64,000 nucleotides of DNA from Azolla caroliniana (taxonomy: Eukaryota > Plantae > Polypodiophyta): contig JBHGNT010000020.1 in the NCBI GenBank assembly GCA_043228905.1, positions 186,001-250,000 of the forward strand, written 5' to 3'. The first letter of the stretch is position 1; every line of letters begins with the position of its first letter. The notes under the pieces were generated by a model. That model was not told the origin of the DNA. It searched no databases and was given only the letters and a program-made list of their open reading frames with translations. Positions 49,001-62,279 of this stretch are shown here, one piece after another. Made by a program: the position numbers and the translations under genes.

Positions 49001-51788
49001 ATTGTCAGAACTCGGCTTGGAGTCGGGGTTCGGAGTCGGGGGCTAGTACCAGGACGCGGACTTGTCAAACACAACATCGCGGCTGACACACGCTTGTTTG
49101 GTGCGAGGGTTATAGCACTTATAACCCTTCTGCTCGTCCGAGTAACCGACCAAGATGCATTTCTTAGCCTTTGCATCCAGCTTCCTCCTTTTCTCCTTCG
49201 GTACATGCACATACGCAATGCTATCGAACACCCTCAAGTGTCGCAAGTTCAGCTTCGTTCCGAAATACAGCTCGTGCACTGACACTTTGTCTCCGATCCG
49301 GTTATGGATGTATACCGCGGTCCTTACCACCTCGGCCCAGTAGAACTTGGGCAAGCTCTTCTCCTCCAGCATTGCCCGTGCCGCTTCCACAACTGACGGA
49401 TTATTCCTCTCGGCCACGCCGTTCTGCTCTGGCGTGTATCTACAACTGAATTCGCGCCGAATTCCCATTTGTTGTAGATAACCGTTGAATTGACCAGAAA
49501 AGTACTCTTTCCCGCCATCCGACCGCAGGCACCTGATCTTTCGTCCTGTTTCCGTTTCCACGAACCCTTTGAGGTCCCGGAAACAGTCGAAGACTTCGCT
49601 CTTCCTCTCAATGAGGTAGATCCACGTGTGCCGCGTGTGGTCGTCGATGAAGGAGACGAAATATCGGCTCCCGCCAAGACTAACGTTTTGTGCCGGCCCC
49701 CACACATCGGAGTGTATAAGGTCGAGCTTGTTCCGGCTCCGGTTTCGCTTGTTGGGGAAAGGAAGTCGGTGTTGCTTCCCGAGCTGGCAGGCTTCACAAA
49801 TTTGTGCCTTTCGGCCACTAAATTTGGGCAATCCGAACACTACCTGATTCGATTGCAGATCTTGAAGCCGCTGGTAGTTGACGTGGTCTATCCACTTGTG
49901 CCACAAGTCGATGTCCGACTCGGGTTTTGTTCCCTTCGCGAACATTGCAGTGCCGCCGTCAGTGGAGTCGAGGATGAACATCCTCCCGTCTCTGTGCCCT
50001 TGCGCAATCACACGGCCTTCTTCCTCAATGAAGCACCCGAGGTGTGTAAACCGAACCTCCATCCCTTGGTCGACGACCTATCCGACCGAGACCAAGTTCT
50101 TTGTGATTGTCGGAACGTGCAGCACGTTCATGAGTTTCCCTTTCTGCCCGACATGGCTAAGGGGAACTTCTCCAACATTCGCGATCGGATGCGAAGTGTC
50201 GTCTCCAGTTGCGACTACTCCAGGTTGTATCGGTTTTTCAAGGTACGAGAACCACTCCTTATGGCTCGTCATGTGTTTTGACGCGCCGGAGTCTACGTAC
50301 CACACCTCGTCCGATCTCGGGGTGATCTGTTTCATTGACTTTGCTTCGTGTCTCGTCACGAAAGCAGACCCTTCTCCGGCTCTCCCGAAGTCTTCAGCGT
50401 AGTGCGATCGCTGTCGATTTCCCTTGTCGGTATGTCCGGAGCCGTTTCCAGAACCGGTTCTCTCCGAATCGGCGCGCTTCTTCCAGCACTCACTTTCCCT
50501 GTGGCCTTTCTTGCCACAGTACCAGCACTCCGCGATGGCCTTCCCTTGCCGGTTCTCATCGCTTCAACTCCCCCTGTTTCCGGAGGGTCCGGAGTTGCTG
50601 TCGGCATCACTTCGGTGCCTTCTTCCTTGATCTCGTCGGCCGCCTCCATTGCACGCCGACTCGCCTCGTCCTCCACGTCCACGGGGCCTATCTCCCTCCG
50701 TGTACAACATTCTGCTGTTGGCGTGCGTGCTTGTAGACGCACCCGCGTGGTTCTCCTCTACCAGGAGCATTGACTGTAAGTCGAAAAAGGACGGCGTATT
50801 CTCCCAGGTACACACTGCCGTTCGGAACACTCCGAACTTCGACGCCAAACCTCCGAGACAGATATGGACCATCTCGCTCTCCTCGATGTTCACCTCTATG
50901 GAGGCGAGGGAGTCGCAGATATCCTTGATCTTCGAGGTATAGTCCGCCACCGACAAGTCGCGTTGTCGTAGGTTGTTCAACTCCTGTCGGAGCTGAAGCT
51001 TCCTGGCTGTGGTGCTCGCGACGAAAATCTTCTTCAGATTTTCCCACGCACCCTTCGGCGTCTTTGCATCCCGAACATAGCTCAATAGTTGTTGCCCACA
51101 CACGACGCGAAGCAGTACAATACCCTGCTCGTCGATTGCTCCCACGACGGGAAGTCTCTGTGTGTCAATTCGGGTGCCACGTCATTAGCTCCTTCGACAT
51201 AACTCCAGTAGCCATGCCCAAGCAGGTACTGGTGCATCTTGTAAGACCAAGACGCGTAGTTGGTTCTGTCGAGCTTCTCTGTTGGAAGCGAGCTCGCCAT
51301 GCCTCTATCCATCATTCTTCTTGTTCTTCATCGTCAAGCTGTGTCGGCTGCAGAGAGGTTCTCAATCCTCGCGCTCTGATACCATGTAGAAAGTAGCGTG
51401 CGGAAGTAGGTATGAAGACCGAACAGAAGGAAGAAAACTCAGGTTTTAATGGAGAGCTTGAGCTTACGCAGTATACGCGGGAGAGACAGAGAGAGTGAGA
51501 GAACACAAGAACTATATTCAAAAAACAAACAAAATCTCGATTCACTACTCTATACATATGTGTGTTCCATGAACACTTTTATACAAGTCCTCGAAGGACT
51601 GACCGAAGTACTGACCGTACTTCAATGCTCTTTAAGAGCTCCTACACTAACTCCCAAATATATTCCTCACGGAATATCTTTCCTAACGGCCTCCCGGTTT
51701 ACGCACTCGGCCTAACCGATCGGTCCCAACCAATCCGGTCCTCAGCTTCTTCAGCCGATCCAGCCGATGTTGAGCTTGTCTCTCAACA
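46080..51788 (-). mobile_element. Full-length Ty1/copia inserted in the 3' LTR of the large gypsy
   Basis: 404-bp LTRs at 46080-46483 and 51385-51788; TSD CTAAT/TTAAT; PBS at 51373-51384; PPT GAGGGGGAG at 46484-46492. Confidence 0.95.
46478..51315 (-). pseudogene. pol: Copia gag-pol, several stops and frameshifts, with a C-terminal extension
   Basis: ORFs 51082..51315, 50564..51145, 50078..50359 (YVDSGAS), 49043..50062 (INT), 47579..48982 (RT, LYVDD) and 46478..47314 (RH). Confidence 0.9.
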
Positions 51789-52616
51789 TTAATTAATAAA
51801 GCTTAGTGTTTTTTATCTCTGTGTTAATTGTCGTTCTGCATTCATTGTTATATCTTACACGTGTGAATATTAAGGACGATCATGCTAAGTAACCTAATTA
51901 AGTCAGATTAAGCGTTGAGTCTAATCCTGTTGCCGTAACACCCCTTTGGTGAAGTGTCTTCCGTAGACACCCTGTGTTAGGCCATTGTCCGGCCCTAAGA
52001 GTTAACAGAAATCAAGCTCAATTTAGTTTAGTTGTTTAGTCAACACACGTAACTTAGTAGTTAACTAGATAGAATCTAGTTAGTGTGTTGACCTTAAAGC
52101 CTTAAATAGGATTTTGTACTTGAGTGGGATACATTGTAGATCCTCCACAGTGGGATACATTGTAGATCCTCCACTCCCATGTTCATTTAATATAGAACTT
52201 ACACGGTTGTACCTATATTTTACTCACACATGTGCACCTTTGCACATGAGATGTATATATACCTCATTGTGGGTATTTTTGTATTTGATGATGCTTTTTA
52301 ATATAGTTACTCATCCCCCATCTTGCCGTTATTCATAAGTGTATCTTCCTCTCTCTTCCTCTCACACACATATCACTTAAACTTTCACTTAGCTTAATCA
52401 CATAATTAGGTACTAATTAACCCATAATTAATTACCTAATTCTTAACATGGTATCAGAGTGTGTGGTTTAGACAATCCACTAAACCCACCTAACTACGTT
52501 ATTGTGTGTTCACGACGCCGATGACAAAATCCGGTTATCGGCTACCGTAGTGCCGCTACGTAACATGTGTATGTGACCAAAGGAAGAAAAGACTAAAGGG
52601 AAGACATTACAACAAA

Positions 52617-53987
52617 ATGAACACACAAATGGGTAGCTCGCTCCCTAGTGAAAAGCCAGACCGGAGCAATTATTCATCGTGGGAGTACAAGATGAACCAA
52701 TACCTTGTCAGCCAAGGGTATTGGAGCTACATCAACGGCACTCAAGAAAATCGACCTGGCGCAAAGAATGTCGACTACTCAACATGGGAGCAAGCGGCGA
52801 GTCAAGTCATGTATTGGTTGGCAACATGTGTCCACGACCACATGCTTAGCCACATTCGAGACGCAAAGACGCCCAAAGAGGCGTGGGAGAACTTAAAGAA
52901 AATGTTCGCCGCCAACACGACCGCCCGAAAGTTTCAACTCCGACAAGAGTTTACCAAAATTCGGCAAAAAGACATGTCCATGTCGGACTACACCGCCAAG
53001 ATCAAGAGCATTTGCGACTCGATTGGCTCCATCAACATAAACGTTGACGAAGATGAGATGGTTCAAGTATGCTTGGGTGGCCTCACAGAACAATTCGACT
53101 CGTTGAGGATGGCAATCTTGGCGAGGTAAACCCTCCTTCGTTCTTCAACCTTCAATCAATGCTATTGGTTGAAGAGAACCGCCTCAAACCAAAACCAAGA
53201 CATCAGAAGGACAAATGTTCTTATCGAGTTCGGATGGTGGCCGAGGACGAGGTCGAGGCGGTAGAAGAGGTCAATTTGACCCATCGAACGAAGGGAATTC
53301 AAACCGTCGACAACAAGACGGAAGCCATCGAGGAACCTTCGGAAGAAGGGGGAGCTTCCATGCCAAACAAGGCCGGCAAACGTGGCCCATTGCTTGCAAC
53401 TATTGCGGCAAAATCGACCACCGCAAAGAGGAGTGTCGGAAAAAGAGAAGGGAGTCGGCTTTGACAAGCCGACAACTCACAAACTACGCCAACAACTCCG
53501 AATACGACGACTACTAGTGATCTATTCGTAATGAGACTCCACTCTATGTCACCTCTGACTCCACGAGCACCTCCAACTCGAAAGATGTGTGGTTCGTCGA
53601 CTCCGGCGCCTCACATCATATGACATCACACCAAGAGTGGTTTCGTGACTTAAGAACGCCGGATCGACCCGACTTCATATAGACAGGAGATGACACCACA
53701 CATCCCATTCGGCACATCATCAATGTCCCATTCAGGAAAGAAGACAAGCAAACTTGCATCAAGAATGTCTTGCACATGCCCACAATAACAAAGAATTTGG
53801 TCTCGGTCGGTCAAATCGTGGAACAAGGCATGCAAATTCGTTTCAACAACAACAGATGTTTCATCGAGAAAGATGGTTGACTTATAGCTAAAGGACGGAG
53901 AGATGGTCGAATGTTCATCCTCGATTCGAACAAGGTGAATCGGCCATGTATGCCAAAGGTTTCAAAACCGAGACGAACACTGAGTTG
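52617..53987 (+). pseudogene. gag: Copia gag-protease of the outer element
   Basis: MGSSLPSEK..YKMNQYL..WENLKKMF, CNYCGKIDHRKEEC, WFVDSGASHHMT; continues after the chromovirus at 59806. Confidence 0.85.
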
Positions 53988-54429
53988 TGTCGTGACTCTT
54001 GAGTAGGAAGCAGAGAGAGAGCGATGGCGATAGAGATAACGATAACGATAGAGATGGCGAGAGCGGTAGAGATAGCGATAGTGATAGCAAAAGAGAGTGA
54101 AAAAGGGAGAGAGTGCGAGAGAGAGAAAAGTATAGTGAGAGATAAGAAATGGGAATGAGATTATATTATGAGAAAGAAGATTACAAGGAGTAGGCTAAGG
54201 GCTAAAGACTGGTGTTGAACCGAATGAGTTGTGATGAGTGTATGGACTCTTATTTATAGGCCCTTATGGAGTATTCTAGAATGTTCTAGAATATTTTAGA
54301 TATTTATGAATAATAATAATAATAAATATAATCATGAAATATTCAAGAACATTCTAGAATAATCTAGAATGTTCTAAATATCTCGTAATAACTAAACATA
54401 TAATTATTATGATTACATCTCACATATGT

Positions 54430-54493
54430 TATTACAATGGTTAAAGTACAATATGTAAACCAAGAGGTTATGGGTTCGATTCCTAGTTCGCCA
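54430..54493 (+). promoter_or_regulatory. tRNA-like A/B-box cassette in U3, antisense (copies at 59695-59758 and 18086-18149)
   Basis: TATTACAATGGTTAAAG...AGGTT ATGGGTTCGATTCC....CGCCA. Confidence 0.6.
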
Positions 54494-54527
54494 AGATGAA
54501 TGTCATGATAAGCCAAGATGTATGTCT

Positions 54528-57500
54528 TCATGACATTATCCCCCCTTTTCGATGACGAGTTGCACGAGTCGGAAGAAAAGAGTTCAGACTTGGTTTATGA
54601 GGATATTGGTTGTGAAATGCAACAACCATGTCGGAGGCATTGGCAAGATGTTCGGCAGGCTCCCATGTTCGATCATTAGGTGTATAGCCTAACCAATCAA
54701 CCAAGTAGTATAGTTTGTTGCGAATGATCTTGGAGTCGAGGATAGCGGCAACCTCATATTCAGAGCCATTGGAAACGTCAATTGGAGGTGGGGGAGGTGT
54801 AACACGACCCGGAATAGAGCTCGTTGTGTAGGGCTCCAAAAGTGAAACATGGAAGACCGGGTGAAGACGCATATGAGGAGGAAGATCAAGACGAAATGTC
54901 ACATCATTGATCTTACCATTTATGACATATGGGCCAAAACGTTGATAATCCAATTTGTAGCAAGGTCGGGTCGTTTTAATGCTACCTTGTAAGAGCCATA
55001 CACGATCGCCTACTTGAAATGTAGTCGATGAATCACGCCGATGACGGTCAGCAATCTTCTTTTGAGTGTTTTGGGCTTCCCATAAATGATGCAAAAGCAT
55101 ATCCTGAACTTCTTGGAGTCGAGTGAGCCGATCTTCAGCAGCTGGGTTTTTTGGGAGTTCAGGATGTTCAAGCATCGTCCAACGAGGATGGTACCCAATG
55201 TTTGCAAAAAATGGGGAATATCCAGTAGAAGAATGCTCGGAGTTGTTATAAGCAAATTCTGCCAAAGGTAGTAAATCCACCCAATCATCTTGTTGATAGT
55301 TGACAAAACAACGTAGATATTGCTCGACTGTTTGGTTGGTGCGCTCACTCTGCCCATTAGTCTCTGGATGGTAGCCGGAAGAGAGTTTACAAGAAGTATG
55401 TAAGAGTTTGAACATGTGCCGCCAAAATTTCGAGATGAATTGGGGACCCCGATCACTGATAATATCATCCGGAAGACCATGATGGCGAAACACCTCCCGC
55501 ATGAGTAAATCAGCTGTCTCTTGACTAGTAATGGTCTTTGTGCATGGAAGGAAATGTGCCATCTTCGTAAAACGATCGACAACCGTGAGAATCAAATCAA
55601 ATCCCTTGGAAGGTGGAAGATCCGTAATAAAGTCCAAGGAAATAGATTTCCATGGGCTCTCCGGAATAGGCATTGGCTGTAATAAGCCATATGGATGATG
55701 TCGAGGCTTTTTTGATCGGCAACATGTATCACAGCTACGAACATAATCCGTAACAAAATGGCGAAGCCGTGGCCACCAATATCGGCGAGAAATCAACTCA
55801 AAAGTCTTGTGGATGCCGAAGTGTCCTGCCATTGGTGTGTCATGACATTGTTGCATGACTTTGAGTCGAGAAGGACCGTTAGGCACATACAAGAGAGTTT
55901 GTCGAAAAAGTAACCCATCATGCCAACTAAACTGGGTGTAGTCTAGACGAGGATTTTGAGTTTGGGAGCTAGATGCACGATTTGGGATAATATGGCTCAA
56001 AACCTCTTGGGCGAACGCATCAGTCGCAATCTGCTCACGAATGGAATCAAGAAGCCTTGAATCTCCCGGTGTGTTGATGGTATGCATTGCCATTATTCGT
56101 AGATGATCAGGACCTAAGAGGATTTGCTTTTGGCTTTCAAATGCGGCCTCTCCAGGTTGAAGTTCCATATACGAACGTCTAGATAAAGCATCTGCTTTTC
56201 TTTGTTGCATCCCAGGGCGATATAGAATTACAAAATCGAAACGAGTTAAGAACTGCGCCCAACGAGCTTGTCGTCGATTCAAGACTCGAGCACTTTGAAA
56301 GTATGTTAGATTTTTATGATCATTGTAGACAATAATCTGCTAAGAAGAACCCTCCAGAAAATGACGCCATTGTTGAAAAGAATCCACAATGGCAAGAAGC
56401 TCTTTGTCGTGAATCTCATAGTTGATTTCTGCGGCTTCAAATTTTCGTGAGTGAAAAGCCACCGGGTGCAGTTCACCATCATCACCAATTTGGGATAGTA
56501 CACTTCCGAGTGCGAAATCCGATGCATCAGCTTCAAGTATAAAGCGCCTCATTGGATCGACATGGATTAAGATTGGTGCGGATGTAAATGCTTGCTTTAA
56601 ACCCTCAAATGCAGAGTTCGCATCTATACTCCATACAAATGGTCGATTCTTGTGCGTCAGTTGAGTGAGGGGCAACACAATTTTTGAATAATCTTTGATG
56701 AACTTGCGATAAAAGTTTGCGAACCCCAAAAAACATTGCACATCTCGCACGGACTGTGGTGTTTGCCAATCCAAAATTGTTTGAACCTTTGATGGATCCA
56801 TAGAGATGCCATTTGAAGAGACTATGTACCCCAAAAACTCCACTTGACATTGGTCGAAACTACACTTCTCCAATTTTGCATAGAGACCATACTCTCGTAG
56901 CCGTTGCAAAACTTGGCGAACATGTATATCATGTTCTTCTTGAGTTTTTGAGTAGATCAAGATATCATCCAGGTAAACAATGATGAAGATATCGAGGAAG
57001 TCTCGAAAAATATCATTCGCCATATGTTGGAAGACTGTTGGTGCATTCGTGAGGCCAAAAGGCATCACTGTGTACTCAAAATGACCATAGCGAGTGCGGA
57101 ACGCCGTCTTCCATTCATCCCCAGGACGAATTCGAACAAGGTTGTAGGCACCTCGAAGATCTAACTTCGTGAAATACTTTGCTTCACTGAGGCGTTCTAG
57201 AAGGCTTGAGATCAATGGGAGAGCATATCGGTTTCTAACGGTCACTTTATTCAAGCCTCGATAATCCACGACCATACGAAGCGTACCATCTTTCTTCTTA
57301 ACGAAAAAGATGGGTGCACCAGCAGGAGATTTTGAATGTTGGATAAAACCATTTGCCAAGTTCTCATTGATATATTCTCGAAGAACCTCTAACTCCGTGG
57401 GCGAAAGATTATAAATTGGTCCCCATGGAGGCTCTTTTCCTGGCTGCAAATCAATTGGGCAATCATATGGTCGATGCTCTGGTAGTCTATTAGCCTTCAC

Positions 57501-58166
57501 CTTATCGAACACATCGGAGAATTCTATGTACTTCTTTGGTAGTTGGACCCCCAATTCTTGTGAGCTAGATGAGGGAGTTGCTAAAACCGCAAATACCATC
57601 ATGTCTTCCTTTCTTCCATCCTCTCGTAATTGATGTATAGAGATTGTTGAAATTGTGGGGGATCCTAGATCCTTAGTTGGAGCTTCAAGAGACTTGGATT
57701 GTACGGTGACCTCTTCAATAGTTCTTTTTCTCCAATCAATGGTTGGGTTATGTAACTCAAACCAAGGAAGACCAAGAACTAGAGAGTGCTCCGGACTACT
57801 AATGATGTTAAATGAGATGACACTAGCCAAATTACCTAGGACTACACGAATTGGTTCAGACTCTTCGACTATATCTCCTGATGCTATAGGGCGACCATCG
57901 ATGACTCCTACAGCTACTGGGTTTGGGAGTTTTTTCAAGATGATGTTTTGAGTCAATGCAAACTCGCGATCCATGAAACAAGAATTGGCTCCGGAATCTA
58001 GGAGGGCAGAGGCTAGGGCGCGATGACCTGTAGATGTGCTAAGCTCGACTTGTGCAGAAAAAACTCTACTAACTTGATTTGATGAAATGGAACCACAACT
58101 AGGTACTGACTCTACATAACTAGGATGGTCCAACCAAATGGCTCCTATTTTGGCCGGACTTATTCG
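54528..58166 (-). CDS. pol: Pol polyprotein with chromodomain; one in-frame TAG at 56340-56342
   Basis: ORFs 56340..58133 and 54528..56282 are in the same frame; LLDSGA, YLDD, DASD, DRGPQF, YLVDWLGY. Confidence 0.92.
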
Positions 58167-59293
58167 TTTAACACATCCTCTAATTGGCTCAAGACATCAA
58201 ATCTATTCTCATGGCATGGGCTATTAGGCTTAGTACTTAAGTTATTAGAAGTGATAGTAGAACTTGATGTAGGGTTGTCATGTGCACTTACTTGGTAAAC
58301 TTGACGCCTGGGTTTATGTGGACAATTCACAGCTATATGTCTTGGACCACCACAGTAGAGGCATAGGCGATGCGCCCGACGTCGTTGTTTCTCAGCATCT
58401 GATAAGGGCCCTCGACGTTGTGTCGACTCTATTTCCATCGGAGTGGGACCATCCCTCGTAACGGGTCTAGAACCTTGTGGCGGTGTGGCGACTATAGAAG
58501 CGTATGTTTGTTCCGGTTGGCGGCGTAACATTTGTTGACGTTCAGAACGTCGCTCAAATAGGCGATTATCACATCGCACAGCTCGGCTAATAGCTTCAGT
58601 AAGAGACTTTGGATCTTCATGGAAAGTAAGAAGAAGATCTTTGACATCGTTACGCAAACCCTGACGGAATTGATCCATTAAGGCTGCCTCATCCCAAGGG
58701 ATGTCGCATGCCAAGAGACGGAAATCTGCGGCATAAGCTGAAGCGGGACGATCTCCTTGTCGGAGTCTTCGAATCTTGTTTATTGCAGTCCTAGTGCTAT
58801 CCGTATCTCCAAAACTAGCTTGAAACTCCTTAACGAATGCCTCGAAATCCTCCAGTAATGGTGATTTCTTCTCAAAAAGTGGTGCAAACCATGCTAACGC
58901 TGTACCGCTTAGCAAGGTTCCTATTAATCCCACACGGGCAGCATCAGTTGGATACCGATTGGGATGTAACTGAATCACCAAACGAACTTGATTCAGGAAA
59001 CCTCGAAAGAGAGATCTGGTACCATCAAACTTGGCAGGGAGGCTAATCTTTGGTTCCCTTGGGGAATTTTGAACCCCCGCCGCTTGTTCTCGTAATGTTA
59101 ATATAGTAGCCTCAAGTTGATGAACCCGTTGTGATAACTCCTCATATTGATGAGCTTTCTCAGTACTGACTTGTTGAAGATCCCCGAGTAGCCTTTGATT
59201 TTCTTGCTCTAATGCCACAAACTTAGTGGTGAGCATATCGAGCTCCGAAAGGACACGCATATACTCTTGCTTGCTGACCGACTCCATAACCAC
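58160..59293 (-). CDS. gag: Gag
   Basis: 377 aa, clearly homologous to 6860..8017; CLYCGGPRHIAVNC. Confidence 0.93.
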   Translation of the reverse strand: MVMESVSKQEYMRVLSELDMLTTKFVALEQENQRLLGDLQQVSTEKAHQYEELSQRVHQLEATILTLREQAAGVQNSPREPKISLPAKFDGTRSLFRGFLNQVRLVIQLHPNRYPTDAARVGLIGTLLSGTALAWFAPLFEKKSPLLEDFEAFVKEFQASFGDTDSTRTAINKIRRLRQGDRPASAYAADFRLLACDIPWDEAALMDQFRQGLRNDVKDLLLTFHEDPKSLTEAISRAVRCDNRLFERRSERQQMLRRQPEQTYASIVATPPQGSRPVTRDGPTPMEIESTQRRGPLSDAEKQRRRAHRLCLYCGGPRHIAVNCPHKPRRQVYQVSAHDNPTSSSTITSNNLSTKPNSPCHENRFDVLSQLEDVLNE

Positions 59294-60254
59294 GGGGGAA
59301 AAAGAAAGAAGGATAAAGAAGAAAGCTTGCTATACTTTTCTCTCTCTCGCACTCTCTCCCTTTTTCACTCTCTTTTGCTATCACTATCGCTATCTCTACC
59401 GCTCTCGCCATCTCTATCGTTATCGTTATCTCTATCGCCATCGCTCTCTCTCTGCTTCCTACTCAAGAGTCACGACAGTTTGAACCGAATGAGTTGTGAT
59501 GAGTGTATGGACTCTTATTTATAGGCCCTTATGGAGTATTCTAGAATGTTCTAGAATATTTTAGATATTTATGAATAATAATAATAATAAATATAATCAT
59601 GAAATATTCAAGAACATTCTAGAATAATCTAGAATGTTCTAAATATCTCGTAATAACTAAACATATAATTATTATGATTACATCTCACATATGTTATTAC
59701 AATGGTTAAAGTACAATATGTAAACCAAGAGGTTATGGGTTCGATTCCTGGTTCGCCAAGATGAATGTCATGATAAGCCAAGATGTATGTCTTCATGACA
59801 AGTTGTGGCACAAACAAATCGGCCACATAAACCTCCAAAGGCTTCGAGCGATGCAATCAAAGGGAGTCATCATCAGACTTCCGACCTTCGAGTCGACTGA
59901 GTGTGTGAAGCATGCAAACTGGGCAAACAACATCGACTCCCATTTCCGAAGGAGAGCTATGCAAGCGAAGGCCTCCTCGACGTCATGCACTCGGATGTAT
60001 GGGGACCGGCTCAAACGTCGACGATCGGTGGATGACGATACTACGTCACCTTCATCGACAACTACTCCCGCTACATGTGGATCTTTCCGATGAAGAAGAA
60101 GAGCGAAGTGCTCTCCCACTTCCAAAAGCTCAAGAGCCAAGTCGAAAAAGAAACCGGTCGGCACATTCAATGCCTACGATCAAATGGAGGCAAGGAGTAC
60201 TTCTCCAACGAATTCATCTCCTATCTCCAAGGTGAAGGCATTCGGAGAGAATTT

Positions 60255-60806
60255 TGTTGAGATCGTAGCCGGCCACAACCAGTTTGTTGTTCGTATATGC
60301 AGATGCAAAGATCAAGGGCACAATGTACAAAAAGACAGACAGAAAATGAAAATACAGAAAGCGAGATACAGAGACACAACCCAAATCGGGAAAAACCACG
60401 TGGAGTCCACAAACTCCAAAAATAGATCACTACATGTAAAGAGGAAATACAAGAAGAAACTCAGAGACAACGACCTCGACATCTTCTTCATCAACGATCG
60501 GCTGTAGAGTTACACCCTCACTCTCTCTCTCTCGCGCACAGTTACAGAGGCAACTACCTAGTTCTAACTTTTCAACAATGATCAACAACCTTTTTCTTCA
60601 CCCCCACATAAAGTTTGCCCTAGTTGTATATATACTTATACAACTTTATGGCTATTTACATACATAGCCCACATGGGGCACATTTTCACTATTTGCAAAT
60701 ATAGTCTCCTGAGTTGGCTATATCCTCGATTTCAATTTCGGCCTCGGCTGAGTTACTCATCAACTCGGCTCTTCTCTTCCCATCCAAAGGGATTTGTTTC
60801 CCAACA
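60255..60806 (-). mobile_element. Solo LTR inserted in the copia integrase
   Basis: TGTTG..CAACA termini; TSD AATTT/AATTC; the integrase frame GIRREF|C..TPQQ rejoins across it. Strand is tentative. Confidence 0.85.
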
Positions 60807-61856
60807 AATTCTTGTGACACCACACACCCCAACAAACTGGAGTAGCCAAAAGGAAGAGTCGGCACATATTCGAGGTAGCACGCACCATGATGCATGAGAA
60901 GCACATGTCGAACTTCTATTGGGCCGAAGCAGTATCCACAGCCGTCTACCTCATGAATCAATGCACCACTAATGGAGTGCATGAGGTAACTCCATACGAG
61001 CTCCTTGTTGGAAGGAAGTCGATCCTGTCGCACCTCAAGGTGTTCAGAAGCATTGCGAATGTACGCATCCCGAACGAAAACCGACAGAAGCCCAACGCGA
61101 AGTTGGAGAAATGTATCCTCGTAGGATACTCATCCGAGAAAAAGGAATATAAGTGTTATAACCCTTTGACCTGAGCGGTTTGGGTGAGTCAAGACGTAGT
61201 CTTCGGCGAATCAGCATCATGGTATAAGCCCGATTTGGCTCCACCCGACCCAACCGAGGAAGAGTTGAACATCAACTCAAAGGACGATATTCGGCCAAGT
61301 CCTTTACCAAAGGACAATCCAAGCTCTTCCGAGCTAAGTGGCCCACATGAGCCTTCACGCGACCAAAGCACGTCGCGGCCAAGTTCGAACCTGGACAAAG
61401 GCAAAGGTAAGATGCCTGAATATGAAGTCGACCACCCCAATGACAGTGGTTCGGATGCGTCAGCTCCCTCACTAGATAGTGAGTTTGGTGTACCCACCAT
61501 ACGGACACCCAAAGTAAAGAAGGCGCTCACATCGACAAGCGAAAAACTTTGATGCTCTTCTAGAGAGAAGAATCCCATTGCTCAGCTCCGCCACAACGAG
61601 TACATGGCCCATCATTATGCCTTCGCGGTGAAGGTAGCAGCCGAACAAGAGCCCGAGAGCTCTACAAAAGTGGCTTGTGACCCACGATGGGTGAAAGTAG
61701 TCGACCCAAGCCTTCGTCACAGGCTTGAGGGGGAGGAACCGAAACTACCACGAAAATACCGACGCTGAAAGACGCACAGAAGCCGACATCGAAAACCGGA
61801 CAACGCTGAAAGCAAAACCAGATGTCAGATGCCTCACACTTGAGCTTGAGGAGGCA

Positions 61857-62279
61857 TGTTGAGATATCAAGCTCAATTTAGTTTAGTCGTTTAGTCAACA
61901 TGCGTAACTTAGTAGTTAACTAGATAGAATCTAGTTAGTGTGTTGACCGTAAAGCATTAAATAGGATTTTGTACTTGAGTGGGATACATTGTAGATCCTC
62001 CACTCCCATGTTCATTTAATATAGAACTTGCACAGTTGTACCTATATTCTACTCACACATGTGCACCTTTGCACATGAGATGTATATATACCTCATTGTG
62101 GGTATTTTTGTATTTGATGATGCTTTTTAATATAGTTACTCATCCCCCATCTTGTTGTTGTTCATAAGTGTATCTTCCTCTCTCTCTTCCTCTCACGCAC
62201 ATATCACTTAAACTTCCGCTTAGTTTAATCACATAATTAGGGACTAATTAACCCATACTTGATTACCTAATTCTTAATA
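61857..62279 (+). repeat. 3' LTR of the outer copia
   Basis: Direct repeat of 30726-30736 + 52013-52448; the 5' copy has an extra 26-bp tandem duplication near 52122-52173. Confidence 0.92.

Larger units (their letters stand above)
30737..52007 (+). mobile_element. Large non-chromovirus Ty3/gypsy element with tRNA-Arg PBS and an extra 3' ORF
   Basis: TSD GAAAT at 30732-30736 and 52008-52012; 5' LTR 30737-31168; PBS TGGCGACCAC at 31176; 3' LTR = 45862-46079 + 51794-52007. No additional archaeal-type RNase H is visible between RH and INT. Confidence 0.93.
53988..59800 (-). mobile_element. Ty3/gypsy chromovirus 2 (Tcn1/Tf1-like) with a rearranged 5' LTR
   Basis: TSD AGTTG at 53983-53987 and 59801-59805; 3' LTR 53988-54535; 5' LTR U3 at 59480-59800 with U5 inverted at 59330-59477. 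Confidence 0.95.
30726..62279 (+). mobile_element. Ty1/copia element hosting the nested insertions; RT/RH deleted
   Basis: TSD GTTTT at 30721-30725 and 62280-62284; 5' LTR = 30726-30736 + 52013-52448; PBS TGGTATCAGAG at 52449; gag 52617..; integrase pieces 59806-61250; 3' LTR 61857-62279. Confidence 0.9.

Noticed and set aside
49490-50281. Long antisense ORFs over copia and gypsy coding regions
   Set aside because: Shadow frames of GC-rich retroelement ORFs with no domain motifs.
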